The notes under the pieces were generated by a model. The model searched no databases. It worked only from the letters and a program-made list of their open reading frames with translations, and was not told where the DNA came from. A stretch of DNA of 45,634 bases. It comes from an uncultured Gammaproteobacteria bacterium. GTDB lineage: Bacteria > Patescibacteriota > Microgenomatia > UBA12405. Shown here in pieces: positions 35,961 through 44,810 of this stretch. Location: positions 1-45,634 of the forward strand of contig CAZIHS010000004.1 of assembly GCA_964538765.1 (NCBI GenBank), given 5' to 3'. A program made the translations under genes and the position numbers. Position 1 is the stretch's first letter. Every line of letters starts with the position of its first letter.

Positions 35961-38525
35961 CTATTGGCATCTTACACTCGTATTAACACAACATCCTTCC
36001 CATTGTCCAAACTGTGGTGTTTCCAGCCCTCTTATTTCATAGTGAACGTGGGGACCGGTTGAGTTACCGGTGTTGTCTGATAATCCAACCACATCCCCCG
36101 CCGCCACTTCTTTTCCATTATCTACCGTTCCAGGCCTCAAGTGGCCGTATATGGTCATCACCATTGTTTCTTTGCCTCCCGTTCTGCAAACCGACGTCAC
36201 CGCCACAAACACCCCATATCCATTCTCCTCAAAACCTACCCTTGTTACTCCTCCGTGAGTTGCTTTTACTGGGGTATCATTGGCAGTTGCAATATCGATC
36301 ATATTGTATTTTCCTTCGTGACTGCAGCTGGTCGCGTTTGGTCCTTGAGTTATTGTTCCGTCCACCGGCAAACCGTTTGGACATCCCTCTATATCTGTTT
36401 TTGGGGTCCAGCTTGGTAGGGGAATATATCCCCGATAATTTCCCCCGCCGCTAAGCGACCCGCCTGTTCCTGTTTGCGGTGGTTTTAACGCTCCTATCCT
36501 GATATTGCCTATCATCAAAAACACCGCCATTCCAATAAAGATGCCGGCAACTACCCGTGTCACCATTTTTACCACGTCGATTTTCATAAGTGCCATCGGC
36601 ACCAACACCAGCAAAGCGCTTCCTCCGCTGATTGCTGTCAGCCCGATTTTTCCCAACGCCGCCGGTAAAGCTCTTCCCAAAAAATTTTTAGTTAATACTT
36701 GTAAACCCAACTTGTTGGCCACTACCCCAAATGCCGATTTAATTCCTCCGCTCAAAAAACCAGCCGCTCCCAGCACCCAGCCAATCGGTCCGGTTCCGGC
36801 CAGGGTTAGCTTTGTCAGCAATCCGGCCGCTCCTTTGGCCACCAGCCCCTTTGCCGCCGCCCCGCCAACTCCTCCTGCCAACCCCATTCCCAATCTTGAA
36901 TAAATCAGTTGCCAAATTGATCCGTCCACAATCTGTCCAACTTGCCCCATTCCCAGCGCTATTTTTCCAAGCCCCCACCTTTCCATCATCGCCGCCGGCT
37001 GCCTTAAAAGTTGTATTTTCCCTAAAAACGAACCGGTTGACTGGGCCATTTTTCCAAAAATCAAGTTTACGTTAGTCATCTGAAGCGCTTTCGACACTCT
37101 TTCAATCGACCTCAGTTTATTTGCAAAAATTGGGTCTTTTACTACTGCCTCTCCCAGCTGGTCTATCGCTTTGGCTACCGGATCGTTGTAGTTTGGCACT
37201 AAACCATGTTCCTCTAGTTTCTGTCTGTATCTTGTCAATCGACCGACTACTCCCCCCTCCCATTTCCGCCCGACTCCTTGGCTTATCATTGCTCTAACTA
37301 CCTCCACTTGGATTCCAGCTTCGTCTTCTGCTTGATTTCCGGTTCTGGCCATCGAAGACTCTCCGATTCCTTTTCTAACTTGATTTACCATTACAGCCAT
37401 TTCTCTTGCCACTATCAATTTTTCGTCAGAAGTGTCACCACCGTTGAAGCCTAGAAAATAACTTTCTGTTGGTACCACTCCCGCCCCCGCCTCCTCATCC
37501 AAAATCATTTCTTTCACTTTTTCTGCCATTTCCGCCAATTGAATCGGAGAAATTTGAACACCGAGTTCTTCAAGTTTTGCCGCCAGGTCTGTTCTTGCCT
37601 TTACTCCGCTTGCTCCCTCCATTTTTTCAAACCGCGGTTCAGTCAAAACCGACGGGTCTTTCCAATTAAAAGCTCGATTAACTTCTTCATAAACTGCCGT
37701 CACGATATTGTCTTTCGATTCGATAGTCGTTTCACTTTCTTCTCCCGCCTTTTTCGCAAATTCAAAAGCCATTTCTGCCACTCTCACTTTGATTGAGATA
37801 TTTTTGCTGGTCAGTTCGATTGTGTCTCTTACATATTGCTCTTTTTCCGAGCCCAATTCCTTTAAAGTCGGCGTCGAAGTTTCAATAGACTCCTCGTTTA
37901 TAATTGCCCCACGTGTTGTTTCTGAAGCAATTTCGTTGGCCTTTGTTGGCTCCACTCCTGCCACCTCCAGTTTTACTGCCATTCCAATTTCACCTGCCGC
38001 CATTTGTCTGGCCACCTCTTCCACCATTGGTGGTGGAAGATCCGCTCTTGCCTTCGCCAGCATTTCTTTAATCACTACTTTTCTCGCCAACATTCTGCCA
38101 GCCTTTTCCCCCAAAATAGTTCGAATTTTCAATTCGGCCGCTTTCCTTTCAACTCCTTTGGCCTCGTCGTATTTTCTTAACAGCTCTGCCAGTTCCTCGC
38201 TGTTAAAAGCTTTAGCCGACAAATCCTTACTTTCGACCTCTTCTAGGTCCTTATTAATAGCCAGTAAATCATCAATTAACACTTCTGCCCCTATTTCCCC
38301 CAAAATATACCAGGCCAGTCTTGGTGATTCTGGTAAACCTTTCCCTGGTATTGCTTTTTCGATTGCTTCTTTCAAGCCCGGATAATCACTTAAATCACCC
38401 CACTTATTGTCATTCTTAAAGTGGCTTAAATGAAAGAGAATGTCGTCAACATATTTGTATTCGCCCACCCTTATGTCCACATGTTCCGCCACCTCAACAA
38501 AATCAGCCCTTTTTTTGTTCACCAT
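35961..38525 (-). CDS. M23 family peptidase with long helical N-terminus and Gly/Ala-rich membrane region
   Basis: C-terminal SHEGKYNMIDIA, IYGHL, GNSTGPHVHYEI; follows VirB4. Confidence 0.85.
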   Translation of the reverse strand: MVNKKRADFVEVAEHVDIRVGEYKYVDDILFHLSHFKNDNKWGDLSDYPGLKEAIEKAIPGKGLPESPRLAWYILGEIGAEVLIDDLLAINKDLEEVESKDLSAKAFNSEELAELLRKYDEAKGVERKAAELKIRTILGEKAGRMLARKVVIKEMLAKARADLPPPMVEEVARQMAAGEIGMAVKLEVAGVEPTKANEIASETTRGAIINEESIETSTPTLKELGSEKEQYVRDTIELTSKNISIKVRVAEMAFEFAKKAGEESETTIESKDNIVTAVYEEVNRAFNWKDPSVLTEPRFEKMEGASGVKARTDLAAKLEELGVQISPIQLAEMAEKVKEMILDEEAGAGVVPTESYFLGFNGGDTSDEKLIVAREMAVMVNQVRKGIGESSMARTGNQAEDEAGIQVEVVRAMISQGVGRKWEGGVVGRLTRYRQKLEEHGLVPNYNDPVAKAIDQLGEAVVKDPIFANKLRSIERVSKALQMTNVNLIFGKMAQSTGSFLGKIQLLRQPAAMMERWGLGKIALGMGQVGQIVDGSIWQLIYSRLGMGLAGGVGGAAAKGLVAKGAAGLLTKLTLAGTGPIGWVLGAAGFLSGGIKSAFGVVANKLGLQVLTKNFLGRALPAALGKIGLTAISGGSALLVLVPMALMKIDVVKMVTRVVAGIFIGMAVFLMIGNIRIGALKPPQTGTGGSLSGGGNYRGYIPLPSWTPKTDIEGCPNGLPVDGTITQGPNATSCSHEGKYNMIDIATANDTPVKATHGGVTRVGFEENGYGVFVAVTSVCRTGGKETMVMTIYGHLRPGTVDNGKEVAAGDVVGLSDNTGNSTGPHVHYEIRGLETPQFGQWEGCCVNTSVRCQ

Positions 38526-38569
38526 ATTATTATACCAACCGGCTTTTTTCTACTGCCCCACCGTCACCT

Positions 38570-40999
38570 CTATCCTTTTCCCGCTCCCAGCAAACTATCA
38601 TAATCTTCGGGTGGTTTAATGTTGTTTGTCGGCTCGACCTTTTTTTGTGCCAGTGCTTTTGCCAATTGTGGTGGTTGTGGAATCTTTGTTTCTTCCTGTT
38701 TAAAAAATATTGGTTTGTCGCCGCCGGCCGCCTTATTTGGTCCGGCCACTTCAGCCTGATACAGCGGCACCTTGTTTTTAACAGCCATAGCGTCATATTT
38801 TGGTAGTGGTGGCAGTGGAGGCAGTGGTGGCAACTTGCCTCCAAATCCTCCTCCAAAAAGTTGTTTATTTCCAAACGGCCCATTAAAGGAAACTCCTTGT
38901 TTCATCCTTTCTTCAGCCTCTTTCTGTCTCTTCTCTTCATCCATCTTTATTTTGTGTTCTTCCAAAACCTTTTTTTCCTCTGCCTCCATAATTTCAATTT
39001 TTCTTTTCAATAATTCTTCTGTTGAGTTGTCCGTTTCTACTCTGGGTTTCCCCACCATCAAGACCTTTTCTTCTGGAACTTCAGTTTTTTTAACCTCTAC
39101 TAATTTATCCGATTTATTCTCACTCGGCCTGTCGTCCACCTTAACTCCTGTCTCTGTCCCCAAAAGCTCTCTGGCTTTGTCTGTTTTTTCTTTTTCAGTC
39201 TTCATTTTCAGCACTTCTTCCGGGTTTGAGGTGATCAGCTTATTTTCTTCTTCTGACGCGATCACGCTGATGGCAACATGGTTTTTTCCAGCAAAAAATA
39301 TTCCTTCGCCTTTTTGGGCCGTCAATAGCAGTTGCTTTTCTCCTTCAGATAAATAAAACACTTCGCCGATCTGTTCTATCGCCGCGCTGTGCTGTTTAAG
39401 TAATATTTGAATTGAGCTGTTGGTTACAATTTCTTTACCATAAGCTGTTTCCAAAAAATCGTCCACGTCCTGGGTAATTGTTGTTACCCCCAAGTAGTAC
39501 TTTCTGCCTCTTTTAACAATCCCTCTTAAAAACGCCGCCGAATCTTCATACTGCATCATGTACCAGGCCTCATCAACCACCAGGATCCTTTTTTTCAGGG
39601 TTTTTTTAACAATTGTCCAGATGTAATCCAAAATAATGTGCATCGCCACCGGTCTTAATGTTTCCTCCAGGTTTCTGATCCCGAAAACCACAAATGCGTT
39701 ATTCAGGTTCACTGTCGTTTTCTGGTTAAATATTCCGGCAAACGATCCTTTTATATATTTTTCAAATCTTGCCGCCAAGTTTTTGGCCTTTTCCTCCTCC
39801 ATTCCGATTAGTGATTTATATAAATCTTCAATCAAAGGCGGCTCTTTGCTTTGCGTTTCTGGGTCAGGCGTTATCCCTTTCATTTTGTACGCATCCATCA
39901 CCGCTCTGTCCAATATTGACTCTTCAAGTGGATCCAATGCGCCGATCATCACTTTAAAAAGTTTATGAAGGGATAAAATTTTAGAGTTTAGGGCATTTTC
40001 TCCCTCTTCTTCCACCAGCGACAGGTCAAATGGATTTATTTTTGATTCTTCGCCATAACCGAAAGCAATATATTGCCCTCCCACCGCCTCGCTCAGGTTT
40101 CGGTACTCATTTTCCGGGTCAATTACAATCACCTCTGTTCCCAACATTAACGACCTTAATGCCTCCAGTTTTATCAAATACGATTTTCCGGCTCCGGCTG
40201 TAGCAAACACTACCGAGTTATAGTTGGGCATTGAAAACCTGTCAAAAATAACCAGCGAACCATTGTGAATATTAACCCCGTACATTATCCCCTTATCATC
40301 AGATAAATCAGAAGACACAAACGGAAACGTGGTTGCCAGCGATGTCGTATCCATGTTTCTGGAAATGTTCAACCTGTCACACGCCAGTGGCAAAGTGCTC
40401 ACAAACCCATCCTCCATCTGTAAGGTTGCCTTCTTGCTGATAATTAGTATCGAACCCAGCGCCGCTTCCAGGTTCTTGTTTATTCTTTCGATATCTTCAA
40501 GTGAGTCGGCCGAAATAGTTGCATACAAGCCAAATTGAAAAAACCTTTCTACTCCTTTTACCAAATCGGCTTGCAGGCTCATCGCGTCTTCCAGTTTTGC
40601 CTGGGTTGCCGGGTTAACCACCCTGCCTCTTTGAATGTCAGTGCTAATCTCGGCGCTCATTTCGGCTATCTTTCTTCTCAGATCATCCAATATTTCTTTT
40701 CCGTCTGTGGGGTATATGTGCATCGACACCGTCAACGAGGCGTCAAAATTAATTAATCCGCCCAACCAGTTAATTCCCACAAATCTTGGATATCCGGCCA
40801 CAAATAAGGTCCGATAATACTTTGCCCCTATCCTTATAAAATTAAAATCAACTTCAATCGCTCCCGGCGCGATTATATCCTTGGTCGACACCAACCCCTC
40901 CACAAAAGGCTTTTCGCCGACCTTGCCGCTGGCCTTGGGGGCACTGTCTGTTACCACCTTTTCCTTTTTAATAAATTTAAATATATTGCCTATTTTCAT
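38570..40999 (-). CDS. virB4: VirB4-like conjugal-transfer ATPase (DUF87/TraC-like)
   Basis: FDRFSMPNYNSVVFATAGAGKS Walker A, IDPENEY, LVVDEAW Walker B, KRGRKY, TQDVDDF. Confidence 0.92.
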   Translation of the reverse strand: MKIGNIFKFIKKEKVVTDSAPKASGKVGEKPFVEGLVSTKDIIAPGAIEVDFNFIRIGAKYYRTLFVAGYPRFVGINWLGGLINFDASLTVSMHIYPTDGKEILDDLRRKIAEMSAEISTDIQRGRVVNPATQAKLEDAMSLQADLVKGVERFFQFGLYATISADSLEDIERINKNLEAALGSILIISKKATLQMEDGFVSTLPLACDRLNISRNMDTTSLATTFPFVSSDLSDDKGIMYGVNIHNGSLVIFDRFSMPNYNSVVFATAGAGKSYLIKLEALRSLMLGTEVIVIDPENEYRNLSEAVGGQYIAFGYGEESKINPFDLSLVEEEGENALNSKILSLHKLFKVMIGALDPLEESILDRAVMDAYKMKGITPDPETQSKEPPLIEDLYKSLIGMEEEKAKNLAARFEKYIKGSFAGIFNQKTTVNLNNAFVVFGIRNLEETLRPVAMHIILDYIWTIVKKTLKKRILVVDEAWYMMQYEDSAAFLRGIVKRGRKYYLGVTTITQDVDDFLETAYGKEIVTNSSIQILLKQHSAAIEQIGEVFYLSEGEKQLLLTAQKGEGIFFAGKNHVAISVIASEEENKLITSNPEEVLKMKTEKEKTDKARELLGTETGVKVDDRPSENKSDKLVEVKKTEVPEEKVLMVGKPRVETDNSTEELLKRKIEIMEAEEKKVLEEHKIKMDEEKRQKEAEERMKQGVSFNGPFGNKQLFGGGFGGKLPPLPPLPPLPKYDAMAVKNKVPLYQAEVAGPNKAAGGDKPIFFKQEETKIPQPPQLAKALAQKKVEPTNNIKPPEDYDSLLGAGKG

Positions 41000-41000
41000 A

Positions 41001-41708
41001 TTAGTTTCTCTTGGTTGTCACCGTTGGTGCCGTATAATTCAATGTTTGAATCTTTTGGTTTGCCGCTGTGTCTTCGTTATATATTCTGTAAAAAAGTTCT
41101 ATTGTTTCTTTTGTTCCCAACGCTCTTATTTCCAGACCTAGCCGTGAAAACAATCTCATAATATGGTCTCTCTTCGGTTCCAGGCTTGCTTTGGCTTTCT
41201 CAACAATATATTCCTTGGTAAACGGCAATTCGGTTCCCGACTTTGGAATTGGCAGTAAAAGTGATATTTTTTTGGCCGTATCACTTTTTAACCCCAACTC
41301 AATCGTCGAAAAAGACACGATCACGTAAAATGATTTTGACAAAACCTCATTTTTCTTAACGGTTTCTTCCACAAATTTTCGATATGAAACAATCCTCTGT
41401 CTAAGTTGGCTGTTAATTTGTCTTTCCTCCGAAAGTTTCAGGTTGTCCAGATACGAACTGACATCCTTGGCGTTGGAATAAATTAGAATCTGAATCGGAA
41501 AGTTTAGCGAGTTTAATATTCCGCCATAGGCAAACACCAGCGCCGATTGTTCCCTTTCCGATAGTAGGTCAAAATTTACCGACGACAATTGCATCACCAT
41601 GGCCGCCGACCCGTCTTTTAGTATCACCACTCCATCAATCACATCCTCAATTGGCAAGTGATCCTGAGTTGTTCCCTTAATTGCTGATTTTAATGGATCT
41701 GCTGGCAT
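41001..41708 (-). CDS. TraE/VirB4-N-terminal-like accessory protein of the CPR T4SS-like cluster
   Basis: TQDHLPIEDVIDGVVILKDG, SVNFDLLSEREQ...LNSLNFPIQI; located between PrgI and VirB4. Confidence 0.65.
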   Translation of the reverse strand: MPADPLKSAIKGTTQDHLPIEDVIDGVVILKDGSAAMVMQLSSVNFDLLSEREQSALVFAYGGILNSLNFPIQILIYSNAKDVSSYLDNLKLSEERQINSQLRQRIVSYRKFVEETVKKNEVLSKSFYVIVSFSTIELGLKSDTAKKISLLLPIPKSGTELPFTKEYIVEKAKASLEPKRDHIMRLFSRLGLEIRALGTKETIELFYRIYNEDTAANQKIQTLNYTAPTVTTKRN

Positions 41709-41753
41709 ACCCTCACATAATAATAACTGAAATTTGAGATAAAGTCTCTCTTT

Positions 41754-42680
41754 CTAATTAACCAGTCTTTTGGCGCTAATTTTAATTGGCTTCACTATTT
41801 CGTCTTTAATAACCAGATCCATTCGGTCAAAAACGTACCCCTCTCTTTCGCAGACAATCAAATATTTTCCCGCCGCCAGCGGAGTTACAGTTTTAAACTG
41901 GCCAAGCGAGTTAGTTTTAAACACCCTCACCGGGTTTCCCTCGTCGTCTTGAATTTCAATTATCGCCCCTTCAACAATCTTTCCGTCATCGTCGGTTGTC
42001 ATTCCCACCACCACCCCGTTTACTTCGGGCACATCGGGCATTGGTATTTGGCCAAACTTCACTTTTCCAGTAGCTTCCAGCTTTTGCCGCCTCACTCCCA
42101 GGCCGATCTGGTTTTCGGCCACACCACTCTCTTCTTTTTTGTCGCCGTTTCCTTCCGTCAGTCCAGCGTTTACTCCTTCGCCTCCCAACCCTGTTTTCCC
42201 CTCCCCCCCAATTGTTCTGGTTTTCTCCTTGTGGTCCTGACCGATCGTCTTTGTTTTATCAGAAGGTAACGACATTATAAACTCACCAACTTTTGTCTCA
42301 TCTTTTTTATTGGTTTTTTCCTCTTCTTCTTTTGTTTCATCTTCATTCTTTTGGTTAACCTTACTCATGTCGATGTCCAGCCAGTTATTGGACGCCCTTT
42401 TTTTGTAGGTATAGATTGTTGGAGCATAAATTGACTTAATAAATGCCAGCGCCCAGGTTTCCAGCGGTCTATCTTCCAGTGGCAAAAAGGCCAATGCCAG
42501 CCCCGCTCCGGCAAACAACAGCATTAGTGGCCACTTAATAAAAAAGACCATGTTGGTCGAATTTAAAAGCAGTGCCACAATTATTCCCGCCAGTGCTTTT
42601 AAAAACTGCTTCAGCGTCATTTCTCCCACCAGCTTAAATTCGTACGACGATATCTGTTGGGGTATCGGATGTTGTTCCAT
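41754..42680 (-). CDS. PrgI-family protein with C-terminal carboxypeptidase-regulatory-like beta domain
   Basis: HPIPQQISSYEFKLVGEMTLKQF + two TMs + DRPLETW; C-terminal VEGAIIEIQD...TNSLGQF...GKYLI. Confidence 0.8.
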   Translation of the reverse strand: MEQHPIPQQISSYEFKLVGEMTLKQFLKALAGIIVALLLNSTNMVFFIKWPLMLLFAGAGLALAFLPLEDRPLETWALAFIKSIYAPTIYTYKKRASNNWLDIDMSKVNQKNEDETKEEEEKTNKKDETKVGEFIMSLPSDKTKTIGQDHKEKTRTIGGEGKTGLGGEGVNAGLTEGNGDKKEESGVAENQIGLGVRRQKLEATGKVKFGQIPMPDVPEVNGVVVGMTTDDDGKIVEGAIIEIQDDEGNPVRVFKTNSLGQFKTVTPLAAGKYLIVCEREGYVFDRMDLVIKDEIVKPIKISAKRLVN

Positions 42681-43475
42681 TACTTTATTTTACTCGATCT
42701 TCCCGCCCGGTATTTATCCAAAATTATCTCCAGTCCGGCCAGGGCATAATCCAGCCTTTTTTTATCCTCCTCCTTGCTCATTTCTCTGTTTTCTAAAAGT
42801 GTTTTTCTATCCACCCTTTCAACCCATGGGTCTTCCCACTCCAGCCAATCAACTTCTTTAACTACCACCTCACTTGCCAGGTCAATCATAGTTTTCACCA
42901 TAAACCCCCAGTTGTTTTCTCTAAGCCCGCCAATTTTCAATATTTTTTCCAGTCTAAGTTTTTCTACCACCAAATAGCACCAAAAATAATCCAGCCTTTT
43001 TCCAAAAAGCACTCTGCCGGCCTCTGTCACCATTTTTTCTATTGCCTCATAATTTCTCGGATGCGATCTCCAGGCGTTTTTTGATCTCCAAAACACCACC
43101 GGCCTTTTTTCTTGTTCTGCCCATTCAACGTCTTTGGTAAAAAACTTTCCTAAATATTCCAATCGCCATCACCAGCCTGTCAATCACCGCCAAATGAATT
43201 TTTTGCTCATTGTCGGCTATGGTCAAACTTTTTTCATACCCGGCCAAAAAATCATCAGCGACAAACCTTTGTTCTTTTTGTCTCACTACCACCCAAAAAT
43301 CATCGGCCTCAAGCGTCTTCACCAGTCGGGGACAGGTCTCTTGCGTTGTCGTTGTCACCGCCACCACCGCTCTATCAAAAATTCCCGCAACCACTGCCTT
43401 ATTTTTTAAAAGCAGCCCGGTCAATCTGCCATCCTTGTCGTGTATCGGAAAGGTAATCAGCGGCTTCTTTCTCAT
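42680..43475 (-). pseudogene. Single hypothetical gene (~264 aa) split by a 1-nt frameshift
   Basis: ORFs 43125-43475 and 42680-43162 overlap by 38 nt in adjacent frames; deleting one T from the T6 run (A6 at 43139-43144 on +) gives a 795-nt continuous ORF. Confidence 0.65.
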
Positions 43476-43546
43476 CCTGGGGTTAAGTTTACTTTGCTTT
43501 TTCTCGCCTTGTCAAAAGCTATCTATAAAATCAACTATAATCAACC

Positions 43547-44488
43547 ATGTCCCATCTTTTGGTCATTGACGCCCACGCCATTCTCCACCGGGCCTACCAC
43601 TCCATTCCGCCCCTAACCCACCACGGTCAGCCGGTTAATGCGCTCTTTGGTTTTTATTCAATGTTGCTTTCCTCCCTTGACCTACTAAACCCCAGTCACC
43701 TTGTCGTTTGTGTCGACTCGCCCGGCCCCACCTTTCGCTCCACTGAATTTATCGGCTACCGCGCCAAACGTCGCCCACCCGAATCAGATCTTCTCCGCCA
43801 GCTTCCTCTTTTGCCTGCCACCCTTCAAACCTCGGCTATTCCTTTTTTTGCCATCGGCGGCTATGAAGCCGACGATCTTATTGCCACCATCACTGCCAAA
43901 TCAAAATCCCGGGTCACCAAATCAAAAAAACACTTTTTTAAAAAAATCACCATAATTACCGGCGATAAAGACCTGATGCAGCTGGTTGACGATCGGGTAA
44001 ACCTCTATGTTCCGGTTCGGGGTCTTTCCGAAACCAAAATATATGGCATTGGCGAAGTTAAAGAAAAGTTGGGGGTTCTCCCGTCCCAGGTTGTCGATCT
44101 CAAAGCCCTCATGGGCGACAGCTCTGATAATTATCCTGGAGTCGCCGGCATTGGTCCAAAAAACGCCGTAGATTTACTTTTAAAATACCAATCTTTGGAT
44201 GGCATCTATTCCCACCTTGACAGTCTCCCTCTTCCTCTTCGTGCCAGGCTTGAATCTGCCAAAAAAGACGCCTATCTTTCCCAAAAACTCGCCACTCTTA
44301 TTTTCAATATCCCTCTGGCTTTCAGGCCAAAAATGGCCCGCTGGACACCTACCCAGGTGGCCGGCCTTGCCAAAGTCTTTGGTGAGTATGGTTTTAAGTC
44401 TCTCCTTTCTCGTCTTCAAAAAAAACATTCACCCAAATTAACCCCTCAAAATCCACTTTCCAATCCCAACCAAACCTCTTTGTTCTAA
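43547..44488 (+). CDS. Stand-alone 5'-3' exonuclease (PolA N-terminal/FEN domain)
   Basis: IDAHAILHRAYH, YRAKR, YEADDLIATI, TGDKDLMQL, ALMGDSSDNYPGVAGIGPK; ends without a polymerase domain. Confidence 0.93.
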   Translation: MSHLLVIDAHAILHRAYHSIPPLTHHGQPVNALFGFYSMLLSSLDLLNPSHLVVCVDSPGPTFRSTEFIGYRAKRRPPESDLLRQLPLLPATLQTSAIPFFAIGGYEADDLIATITAKSKSRVTKSKKHFFKKITIITGDKDLMQLVDDRVNLYVPVRGLSETKIYGIGEVKEKLGVLPSQVVDLKALMGDSSDNYPGVAGIGPKNAVDLLLKYQSLDGIYSHLDSLPLPLRARLESAKKDAYLSQKLATLIFNIPLAFRPKMARWTPTQVAGLAKVFGEYGFKSLLSRLQKKHSPKLTPQNPLSNPNQTSLF

Positions 44489-44622
44489 GTGCCCGAAAAT
44501 ACTCTCTCTCTCTTAAAGACATTGGTCCATTTTTCAATTAAACGATCCGGAACTTCCCCATAATAAGTTTCTGCTTCGCCCACCGCTAAAGCACCAAAAG
44601 TCTCCGACCTGGTGAAAGTATC
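44485..44622 (-). pseudogene. Possible 3' remnant of a host gene truncated by foreign DNA
   Basis: Open 45 codons DTFTRSETFGALAVGEAETYYGEVPDRLIEKWTNVFKRERVFSGT*; its TAG overlaps the exonuclease TAA (CTAA); a stop lies immediately upstream where composition changes. Confidence 0.35.
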
Positions 44623-44810
44623 TTATTAACCCGTCACACTGCATGACTGGGAACTTCCGCCCGAACTGCCCAGGATGCGGGAGGTGGTTGATTGGCCCGC
44701 ATCAGACCGCCTGGCGATCCTCTGGCTGGTGCAGCGTTATCGGGAGATGAAAGAAACGACGGCGTTATAGGGCGTAAGGAGACAAGGCGCACCTTCTGGA
44801 TGAGTATTCC

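Noticed and set aside
12994-42680. Complete conjugative element (ICE)
   Set aside because: No relaxase, coupling protein or integrase seen, and the two blocks are separated by core genes (ftsH, yidC, dnaA, dnaN).
43547-44488. Truncated polA pseudogene
   Set aside because: The domain is complete with intact acidic motifs and a clean stop; no polymerase-like sequence follows in any frame I read.
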